DNA from: Rickettsiales bacterium
Lineage (GTDB): Bacteria; Pseudomonadota; Alphaproteobacteria; Rickettsiales; UBA3002
Reading direction: 5' to 3'
Length of the DNA stretch: 64,000 bases
Assembly (NCBI GenBank): GCA_046154225.1
Contig: JBJXEM010000007.1
Span: forward strand, 84,961-148,960
Part shown: one piece after another, positions 56,891 through 64,000 of the stretch
Layout of the letters: the number at the start of each line of letters is the position of its first letter
Position numbering within the stretch: position 1 is the first letter of the stretch
The notes under the pieces: model-generated
What the model was told of the DNA's origin: nothing
Databases searched by the model: none
The model's input: only the letters and a program-made list of their open reading frames with translations
Made by a program: the position numbers and the translations under genes

Positions 56891-57568
56891 ATGGCGCAGA
56901 AACCGCTCAACAAAAAACTGATCGTAGTCATTGCCGCGTTGCTTATCGGCGGCATCGCGTTTTTCGGCTATACCAAACAAACCGGCGTGATGAGCGATGC
57001 CGATAATAAAGGCCCTGCAACCATCGACTCTTCGCTGCTGAAAGCGCGCCCGAACGATATCATTGTGGGTGACAATAACGCACTCGTGACCATCGTCGAA
57101 TATTCCTCGCTCACCTGCCCGCACTGCGCGCATTTCCATGCCGATGTGCTGCCCGCCATTAAAAAAGAATATATCGACAGCGGCAAAGTAAAACTCATCA
57201 TGCGCCATTTCCCGCTGAACGAACCGGCGGTGAAAGCGTCGCAACTGGTGGAATGTGTGGGCGCACAAGGCGGGCAGCGCACCAACTTTTTGAAAGCGCT
57301 GTTTGAAACGCAGGATAAATGGGCGTTCGCCGAGACGTATCTGGCCGACCTCAAAAAAATCGCGCTGGTTGGCGGGGTCGATAGCGCCGCGTTCGATAGC
57401 TGCATGGCGAACAAGGACCTGGAAACCAAAATCCTCAACTCGCGCCGCGAAGCCGCCGAAAAACTGGGCGTAAACGCTACCCCAAGCTTTTTCATCGACG
57501 GCGTGAAACTCGAAAAAGACTACTCCGTCGAAAGCTTCCGCACCGCCCTCGATGCGGCGGGGAAGTAA
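56891..57568 (+). CDS. DsbA family protein
   Basis: IVEYSSLTCPHCAHFH, RHFPL, GVNATPSFFIDG. Confidence 0.9.
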   Translation: MAQKPLNKKLIVVIAALLIGGIAFFGYTKQTGVMSDADNKGPATIDSSLLKARPNDIIVGDNNALVTIVEYSSLTCPHCAHFHADVLPAIKKEYIDSGKVKLIMRHFPLNEPAVKASQLVECVGAQGGQRTNFLKALFETQDKWAFAETYLADLKKIALVGGVDSAAFDSCMANKDLETKILNSRREAAEKLGVNATPSFFIDGVKLEKDYSVESFRTALDAAGK

Positions 57569-57574
57569 CGATAC

Positions 57575-57602
57575 AAAAAAAGGGGGAGCGCAAGCGCTCC
57601 CC
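57575..57602 (-). terminator. Rho-independent terminator for the 57625-58290 gene
   Basis: GGGGAGCG-caa-GCGCTCCCC hairpin preceded by A7 on the + strand (U tract on the - strand). Confidence 0.75.
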
Positions 57603-57624
57603 AGGTGTTCAATATTTTTTGTTG

Positions 57625-58290
57625 TTAAGCCGCGACTGCTGCCTTCTCGACACTCGCTTCGGAATCATATCGTTCGATATTTGACCCCTTGGCGAAAGTT
57701 TCGATGACATTCATCATCAGCGGCTTGAGGTCGCGAAACAGCAGACCGACATTTTCCTTCACGGAATAATCGGTGCCACGCGCCTCGAACAGCACGTCCG
57801 AACCGAGTTTGATCGCGTAGTGATACACGCCGCCCTCGATGCCGGATTCTTGATTGAGGTCGATCGTCATCTGCAGCAGCGTATCCAGCACCTTGATGAG
57901 TTCCGCCTGAGTGGCGAAATTGGTCATCTGCTTTTGGCTGGAAATTTTGCCGACAACGGCATCGCCGCTGATAGAAACGACTTCCCTGTCTTCCGTACCC
58001 ATCAGCTCGACAAGCCTTACGAGCGAGCCGAGCAACGGGGTGAGCAGTTTTTCCGGCGTCGACGTGACGACGAAATCCTTGCCCTGCGCAATGAAAAGCA
58101 CGCTGCTTCCCATGCGCAATTCATCGATCAAGACACCTTTCTCGATCCCCCGCTTGTGGCTGAGGGAAACGAGAACACCGCTTGCCGCGATCATCAGTGC
58201 CTGAAGCGCCCGCTTGCGATCACGCAAATGAGCATTCCATGCCGCCGAATTGACGAGCGAAGTGGCTTTAGCAATAGTTGTCTTTACCAT
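57625..58290 (-). CDS. Hypothetical protein
   Basis: About 221 aa from ATG 58290 after AAAGGA, with its own terminator; no family recognised. Confidence 0.65.
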   Translation of the reverse strand: MVKTTIAKATSLVNSAAWNAHLRDRKRALQALMIAASGVLVSLSHKRGIEKGVLIDELRMGSSVLFIAQGKDFVVTSTPEKLLTPLLGSLVRLVELMGTEDREVVSISGDAVVGKISSQKQMTNFATQAELIKVLDTLLQMTIDLNQESGIEGGVYHYAIKLGSDVLFEARGTDYSVKENVGLLFRDLKPLMMNVIETFAKGSNIERYDSEASVEKAAVAA

Positions 58291-58575
58291 AGTCACGATT
58301 CCTTTTTGTGACACACAAAGTTCAGCCTGAATCCGAATTGACCCAAACCGATTCACTAACCCCAAACCGAATTGGTTTTTTTGTGGGGCGAGGGAATACG
58401 CTGATACTACCATAAAAATGCTGCGCAAACGAGGCCATGAGCCAAATCTTCACTCAATTGTCATATTCACTTCGCCGTGGACTTATGGGCCAGTAAATAC
58501 GAAGTTTTCATCCTTTCCCCAGACGCATTAATCCTTGTTGACAGGGCGGGGGCGCATCCATAGATTGCGCGCGCC

Positions 58576-58875
58576 ATGAGCCAGAAAACAGAAAAACCCG
58601 CGCCCAGCCTCGACTCGCTCGACAAAAAATTGTCGGCGTTGAAAGGCTCGCAGCCAGACAGCTCGCCGGAAGTCGCGCAGGGCAAAATGCAGTCGTACCG
58701 CGCGGCCAGCGATTTTGGTGCAGCGGCGCTCGTCGGTTGCGGCCTTGGCTTCGGCGTCGATTACGTCGCGCACACTTCGCCCTTCGGCCTCATCATTGGG
58801 CTGCTGGTGGGCGTCGCCGCCGGTTTCCGCATGATGATGCGCACCATGAATTCCTCCACCAGCGATAAGGCATAA
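58576..58875 (+). CDS. atpI: AtpZ/AtpI family protein
   Basis: GLGFGVDY...TSPFGLIIGLLVG..AG; first gene of the F0 operon. Confidence 0.85.
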   Translation: MSQKTEKPAPSLDSLDKKLSALKGSQPDSSPEVAQGKMQSYRAASDFGAAALVGCGLGFGVDYVAHTSPFGLIIGLLVGVAAGFRMMMRTMNSSTSDKA

Positions 58876-58880
58876 CCCCG

Positions 58881-59615
58881 ATGGCCATGCATAACCCGCT
58901 CGAGCAATTTGAAGTCGTGCCGCTGTTCTCGACCAACACGATGGCCGGCCCCCTCACGCTTACCAATTCGGGCCTGTTCATGCTGGTGGCTGTGCTGGCC
59001 GTTACGCTGTTTTTCCTTGCCGCCACGCGCAAAAAAGCGCTGGTGCCCGGGCGCATGCAGTCGCTCGCCGAATCGATGTATGAGTTTATCGGCACCATGA
59101 TTGACGAAAATATCGGTACTAAAGGCCGGAAATATTTCCCGTTCGTGCTCACGCTGTTTCTGTTCATCCTGTTTATGAACCTCATCGGCATGGTGCCCTA
59201 CAGCTTCACGCCCACCAGCCATATTATCGTCACTTTCGGCATGTCGCTGGTGGTGTTTCTGGGCGTGACGCTGGTTGCGATCATCACGCAAGGGCCGGTG
59301 AAGTTTTTCAAGCATTTCATCCCCGACGGGATGCCCGTCGTGCTCATCCCCATCATCCTGCTCATCGAGCTTGTCTCGTACATGGCGCGGCCTTTTAGCT
59401 TGGCCATTCGTTTGGCCGCCAACATGATCGCGGGGCACACACTGTTAAAAGTCATCGCCGGGTTCGTGATTCCGCTGGGTATCTTCGGCATTGCGCCGCT
59501 GCTGTTTTCCACCTTCATGATCGGCTTCGAGATCTTTATCGCCATCTTGCAGGCTTACGTATTCGCGCTGTTATCCACGATCTATCTTAGTGAGGCACTC
59601 GCGGAACATCATTAA
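58881..59615 (+). CDS. atpB: ATP synthase F0 subunit a
   Basis: PLEQF, VPGRMQS, GMVPYSFT.TS, RPFSLAIRLAANM.AGH, LQAYVF. Confidence 0.97.
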   Translation: MAMHNPLEQFEVVPLFSTNTMAGPLTLTNSGLFMLVAVLAVTLFFLAATRKKALVPGRMQSLAESMYEFIGTMIDENIGTKGRKYFPFVLTLFLFILFMNLIGMVPYSFTPTSHIIVTFGMSLVVFLGVTLVAIITQGPVKFFKHFIPDGMPVVLIPIILLIELVSYMARPFSLAIRLAANMIAGHTLLKVIAGFVIPLGIFGIAPLLFSTFMIGFEIFIAILQAYVFALLSTIYLSEALAEHH

Positions 59616-59624
59616 CCTCTATTT

Positions 59625-59693
59625 TGTCATTCCCGCGAAGGCGGGAATCTCCTAAAAGCCACAAAGGAGATTCCCGCCTTCGCGGGAATGACA
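59625..59693. repeat. Palindromic element family A, short subtype, inside the atp operon
   Basis: TGTCATTCCCGCGAAGGCGGGAATCTCC...GGAGATTCCCGCCTTCGCGGGAATGACA. Confidence 0.92.
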
Positions 59694-59732
59694 AAGCTGA
59701 AACGAATAACCTACAACCAACTGGAGACGACA

Positions 59733-59960
59733 ATGGAAATGGAAGCACTAAAATTCATCGGCATGGGCCTTGTATCGCTGGGTATGCTGGGCGCCGCTAT
59801 CGGCGTGGGCATTATTTTTGGCAACGCCGCGCAAGGCATTGCCCGCAACCCCGCCGCCGAAGGTAAAGTATTCAAGGTCGCCATTCTCGGCGCCGCATTG
59901 TCGGAGTTCATGGGGCTGCTCAGCTTCGTTCTCGGCATCCTCATCATGATCAAAATCTAA
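59733..59960 (+). CDS. atpE: ATP synthase F0 subunit c
   Basis: GAAIGVG, ARNP, GAALSE (proton-carrying Glu); GGAG RBS. Confidence 0.96.
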   Translation: MEMEALKFIGMGLVSLGMLGAAIGVGIIFGNAAQGIARNPAAEGKVFKVAILGAALSEFMGLLSFVLGILIMIKI

Positions 59961-59962
59961 TC

Positions 59963-60466
59963 ATGACCATGCTACTTCGTCGCACCACTGCGCTTGCACT
60001 GCTCAGCACCCCGGCTTTCGCCGAGGGGCTGCCGCAGATGGACGCCACCTGGTTTGGAAACCAGCTGTTCTGGCTCGCCGTCAGCTTCGTCCTGCTCTAC
60101 GCAGTGGTGGTGCGGGTGATCATGCCGGGTGTGGGCGGCGTGCTCGACACGCGCGCCAAAGCCATCGCCGACGCGATCGCCGAAGCCGAGGAAGCCAAAC
60201 GTGCCGCCGCGCAAACCCGTGGCGATGTCGAGGTGGCGGGCAATTCGGCCCGGGCGCAGGCGTCGGAATTACTGGCGAAAGCGCAAGCCGAAGCCAGCCG
60301 CGAGGCGAGTGACGCCAGCCATAAACTGGCCCACGATCTGGCACGTAAAACCGAACAGGCCGAAGTACGTTTGGCCGAAGCACTGAAAAAAGCCTCGGCA
60401 CAGGTCGATCTGGCCGTGGCCGACCTCAGCGCGGCCATCACCGCACGTTTGTTAGCTAAAGGGTAG
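59963..60466 (+). CDS. ATP synthase F0 subunit b'
   Basis: GLPQMD.TWF.NQLFWL, TM helix then Ala-rich coiled coil. Confidence 0.9.
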   Translation: MTMLLRRTTALALLSTPAFAEGLPQMDATWFGNQLFWLAVSFVLLYAVVVRVIMPGVGGVLDTRAKAIADAIAEAEEAKRAAAQTRGDVEVAGNSARAQASELLAKAQAEASREASDASHKLAHDLARKTEQAEVRLAEALKKASAQVDLAVADLSAAITARLLAKG

Positions 60467-60470
60467 CACC

Positions 60471-61049
60471 ATGGAACATGCAAGCGACATCGCCGAGCCA
60501 GCGCATGAACTGTGGTATCACAGCCCCGAAGTCTGGGTCGCGGTTGCGTTTGTGCTCTTCATTGGTGTGGCACTGAAATGGGTGGTGCCGCCCATCGTAC
60601 GCGGACTCGATGCACGTGGGCAAGTCATTCGCGACCAGCTCGAGCAGGCAAGTAAACTGCGCGCTGAAGCGGCGGCACTGCTCGCCAGCTACCAGCAGCA
60701 GCAGGAAACCAAACTGCGCGAGGCCGAAGCCATTCTGGACGCCGCCCGTAAGGACGCCGTGCACCTACGCGCGCGCGCCGCCGAGGATTTGAAACAAACC
60801 CTCGCCCGCCGTATGGCACAGGCGGAGGAAAAAATCGCCCGCGCTGAGGCCACCGCACTCGCCCAATTGCGCCGCCAGATGGTGGAACAAGCCAGCACCC
60901 GCACGCATGCCGCACTGGTCGCGCAGGTCACCAGTGAAGCCACCGATCCAGCCCTCGCCCATGCGCTTGCTGCCATCGAAGCACAGCTTGGCGCCCCTGC
61001 TGAGGGTGTGGCAACCCCGGCCACCCCCCGTCGCGCTAAAACGGCGTAA
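60471..61049 (+). CDS. atpF: ATP synthase F0 subunit b
   Basis: WVAVAFVLF, LD.RG..IR.QL..A..LR.EA, AE.KI..AE. Confidence 0.9.
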   Translation: MEHASDIAEPAHELWYHSPEVWVAVAFVLFIGVALKWVVPPIVRGLDARGQVIRDQLEQASKLRAEAAALLASYQQQQETKLREAEAILDAARKDAVHLRARAAEDLKQTLARRMAQAEEKIARAEATALAQLRRQMVEQASTRTHAALVAQVTSEATDPALAHALAAIEAQLGAPAEGVATPATPRRAKTA

Positions 61050-61191
61050 GCCTTTTAGAACTGCGTTATGAACGCCTATAGGCTTGCTACAAAGTGGCCC
61101 ATAGCCACTAGCACTTCACCAATATGTTAACAAAGTCGCATAAAAATTAACTTTTGCTTGCCTTCCGTTGCGGTTGATTTAGCAATGACGC

Positions 61192-61995
61192 ATGGGGTGG
61201 CGTAGTATCATGGCGATGGGAGTGTTGGCGACGCTGTCTGTCGCGCCCGTGGCATGGGCGGGTGCGTGGCTGCAACCCAAGGGCCAGGGCCTGTTTGTCG
61301 CCCAAGCCGGGTTTTACAGCACCGACCGTTTTTACGCCGCCGACGGCCAGGAGCAGCCGCAATCGACATTCAGCAAAATCGAACTGACGCCCTATGTGGA
61401 ATACGGCCTGCTTGAAAACCTCACCATCGGCGGCACGGCCTATATTCAAGACGCATTCCAAAGCGCCGACAGCAATTTAGGCATCGCCGACCCACAAATT
61501 TTCGCCCGCAGCGAATTATGGGGCGACGACACCCAGCATCTCAGCCTGCAACCGCTCATCAAATTCACCAGCGCCTTCGAACACACCGCGCCACCCCGCG
61601 GCGGTTCGCGCTCGACGGACGTTGAACTTTCACTGCTGTATGGTCGCAGTTTCAATCTCATCAGCCCGCGCGATTACCTTGACATGCGCAGCGGCTACCG
61701 CCTGCGTGCCAACCGTCTGGGCGACCAGTTTTTGACCGATATTGCGCTAGGGCTTGGCGTCGGCGAACATTGGCTCATCGTGCCTGCCCTGCGTCAGGTC
61801 GTGTCACTCGGCACCGTCGGCGGAGCGTTCAGCGAAAGCGGCGACCTCGATTATGATTTAACTAAAGTAGAACTCACGAGCCTCTACCAGCTCGATGACG
61901 CGCACAGCGTGCAGCTTAGCCTCGCCAGCCACGTAGCGGGTGCGCAAACCGGTGCGGGCTACAGCATCACCGCAGGCTTTGGGGAGACGTTCTGA
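61192..61995 (+). CDS. Predicted outer-membrane beta-barrel protein
   Basis: Signal peptide ending AWA, GAWLQPKGQG, alternating amphipathic strands, C-terminal Phe; TGATG-coupled to the GT. Confidence 0.65.
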   Translation: MGWRSIMAMGVLATLSVAPVAWAGAWLQPKGQGLFVAQAGFYSTDRFYAADGQEQPQSTFSKIELTPYVEYGLLENLTIGGTAYIQDAFQSADSNLGIADPQIFARSELWGDDTQHLSLQPLIKFTSAFEHTAPPRGGSRSTDVELSLLYGRSFNLISPRDYLDMRSGYRLRANRLGDQFLTDIALGLGVGEHWLIVPALRQVVSLGTVGGAFSESGDLDYDLTKVELTSLYQLDDAHSVQLSLASHVAGAQTGAGYSITAGFGETF

Positions 61996-63851
61996 TGGCG
62001 ACCACATCCGCACTGCGCATTGGCGATATCCTCGTGGCACAAGGCAGCATCGAGCGCGAATTGCTCGAGGCCAATGCCGGCGCCGCACGTGGCAAACTGG
62101 GAGAATATTTGCAAGCCCACGGCATCATCGACAGCCGTGCATTGCCGCGCGCGCTGGCCACCCAGCAAGGCGTACCATTCCTCGATTTAACCACCCGCGC
62201 GCCGGATGCCGCGTTATTCCGCCCGCATGATTTATTGCGCTATCAGGCGCGGCAATTCGTCCCCTTCGCGGCTGATGCCGACGGCATGTTGGTGCTCGCC
62301 ACTTGCGATCCGTCGCCTGAATTACGCGTCTGGGCCCGGCGTTATTACAACAAGCCCGTGCGGCTGGTCGCGACCGGTAAGCGCGACCTTGAGCAGTATT
62401 TTGTAACCATCGCCGCCAACGCCAGCACGCGTCATGCACGGCTGGATTTACGCCGCCAAAGCCGCCACTTGGTGGCCGACCGTGTGCTCACCCGCCCCCA
62501 AATGCGCGGGTTTGCATTGCTGTTCGCGCTGTTCGCCGCCGGGTTTGTCGCCGCCCCCACTAACACCTGGTACCTGCTGCTGGTGACGTGCAACCTGTTC
62601 TACCTCACCACACTGGCCGTGAAATGGCAGCTTTACGCACAAGGCCGCGCGGCACAGTATAATGAAGATCGCCTAAACGAAAGCCTGCAGCTAAAAGCCC
62701 GCGCACTCGAGGCCGACGATTTACCTGTCTACAGCATTCTGGTGCCGCTCTACCACGAATCGGCGCAGGTGATGGGCAGGCTGATTACGTCGCTCAACGC
62801 GCTCGATTACCCGCGCGAAAAGCTCGACATTAAACTCATCGTCGAAGCCGACGATGTTGCCACCCACGACGCGCTGAAAGCCCTGCGCCCACCGGCGACG
62901 ATGGAAATCATCGCCGTGCCGCCCTCGCACCCGCGCACCAAGCCGAAAGCCTGCAACGTGGCGCTTCAGCGCATTCGCGGCGAGTATTTGGTGATCTACG
63001 ATGCCGAAGACGCCCCCGCGCCCGACCAGCTGAAACTAGCCGTTGCGCTGTTTGCGCAATCGTCGCCGCAAACCGCGTGCCTGCAGGCACCGCTTAACTA
63101 TTATAACCGCAACGAAAATGTGCTGACGCAGCTGTTCGCCATCGAATACAGCGCGCTGTTCCGCCTCATGCTGCCCGCTTTGTCGCGCATGAATTTGCCG
63201 GTGCCCCTCGGCGGCACTAGCAACCATTTGCGCGTCGCAATCCTGCGCGATGCGGGCGGCTGGGACGCGTTCAACGTGACGGAAGACGCCGACCTCGGCA
63301 TTCGCCTGAGTTATCTGGGCTATCGCACCCGCATCCTGCCATCGCTGACGCTCGAGGAAGCTCCCATTACCCTCGGCGTGTGGATGCGCCAGCGGTCGCG
63401 CTGGATTAAGGGCTACATACAGACATGGCTGGTGTACATGCGCGACGTGCCCGAGCTAAAACGCCGCCTGGGCGGCCCTGCCTATTATGGCTTCCAGTTT
63501 TTCGTCGGCGCACCGGCCCTCACCTTCCTGCTGGCGCCGTTATTCTGGGGTATTTTCATCCTGTCGTCGGTAGGGCTATTGCCCATGCACCTGCCGCCCG
63601 CGATGCTGGGCCTCTGCCTTGTCAGTTTTGCTGGTGGTATTCTCAGCCATTGGCTGTATGCGCGTGCAGTCACCGCCCGCGAAGGCTGGACTGACATGCG
63701 TGCAGCGCTGCTTCTATACCCACTCTATTGGCTGCTACACTCGGTGGCGGCGGCGCGGGCGCTGTGGCAGCTGGCTCGCCGCCCGCATTTCTGGGAAAAA
63801 ACCTGCCATGGCCTGAGTGGCTTGCAAAACCCAGAGAAAAATGGCGGTTGA
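61995..63851 (+). CDS. MshEN-domain processive GT2 glycosyltransferase (NfrB-like architecture)
   Basis: [10 protein letters not shown] and [13 protein letters not shown] MshEN half-motifs; LVPLYHE, TKPKACN, YDAED, GGTSNH, TEDADL, QRSRW; C-terminal TMs and WEKT.HG. Confidence 0.85.
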   Translation: MATTSALRIGDILVAQGSIERELLEANAGAARGKLGEYLQAHGIIDSRALPRALATQQGVPFLDLTTRAPDAALFRPHDLLRYQARQFVPFAADADGMLVLATCDPSPELRVWARRYYNKPVRLVATGKRDLEQYFVTIAANASTRHARLDLRRQSRHLVADRVLTRPQMRGFALLFALFAAGFVAAPTNTWYLLLVTCNLFYLTTLAVKWQLYAQGRAAQYNEDRLNESLQLKARALEADDLPVYSILVPLYHESAQVMGRLITSLNALDYPREKLDIKLIVEADDVATHDALKALRPPATMEIIAVPPSHPRTKPKACNVALQRIRGEYLVIYDAEDAPAPDQLKLAVALFAQSSPQTACLQAPLNYYNRNENVLTQLFAIEYSALFRLMLPALSRMNLPVPLGGTSNHLRVAILRDAGGWDAFNVTEDADLGIRLSYLGYRTRILPSLTLEEAPITLGVWMRQRSRWIKGYIQTWLVYMRDVPELKRRLGGPAYYGFQFFVGAPALTFLLAPLFWGIFILSSVGLLPMHLPPAMLGLCLVSFAGGILSHWLYARAVTAREGWTDMRAALLLYPLYWLLHSVAAARALWQLARRPHFWEKTCHGLSGLQNPEKNGG

Positions 63852-63907
63852 CAGGGGGGATTGCGGGCGCTATCCAGCACCTCCTTTATCGTTTTGCAAG
63901 GTCCGTC

Positions 63908-64000
63908 ATGAAAGTTCTCAGCTCGCTCAAATCCGCTAAAAAGCGTGACAAAAACTGCCGCGTCGTGCGCCGAAAGGGCCGTCTGTACGTGATTAACAAG
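63908..64000 (+). CDS. rpmJ: 50S ribosomal protein L36 (zinc-free type), 3' truncated by window edge
   Basis: [31 protein letters not shown]. Confidence 0.93.
   Translation, partial: MKVLSSLKSAKKRDKNCRVVRRKGRLYVINK

Noticed and set aside
59624-59732. Longer atpE start (MTKLKRITY...) and ORF 59624-59866
   Set aside because: These starts come from the palindromic element; the SD-preceded ATG at 59733 gives a normal subunit c
30601-61152. Further CtrA boxes at 30601, 30643, about 41568, about 41788 and 61126-61152
   Set aside because: Only GTTAAC/TTAAC half-sites; no second TTAA at 7-bp spacing

Overview
A GC-rich (about 60% in hand-counted samples) alphaproteobacterial chromosome segment. 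No prophage, integrase, transposase, rRNA or CRISPR array is visible. From left to right it holds: a hopanoid cluster (3' end of hpnH converging on hpnO-B-C-D-E-shc-hpnG); a LysR-controlled six-gene redox operon; dxs; a PTP-type phosphatase; tRNA-Ser(GCT); a six-gene envelope glycosylation cassette (DprE1, DprE2 and Rv3806c-like UbiA homologues for polyprenyl-phospho-arabinofuranose, a GT2, a GtrA flippase and an STT3/AglB-like GT-C whose WWDYG motif reads STDLG); parDE fused to hisZ; purA; a Hanks-type pseudokinase with a membrane partner; mnmA, amiC, PBP1A and prfB (programmed +1 frameshift); AbrB-Doc; rne, BepA/DsbA, ispE, ETF-QO, UDG, a lytic transglycosylase, rnhB and dciA; the F0 atp operon; an outer-membrane barrel plus a tandem-MshEN processive GT2; and the start of rpmJ. 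About 20 small palindromic elements of five families overlay this. Two sit in-frame inside genes (amiC, UDG), one supplies a stop codon, and three are G-rich/C-rich inverted heptamer arrays, one made of TTTAGGG. The best candidate for an undescribed system is the arabinose-donor/STT3-like cassette at 19444-25664. All assignments come from motif recognition by eye; no searches were run.
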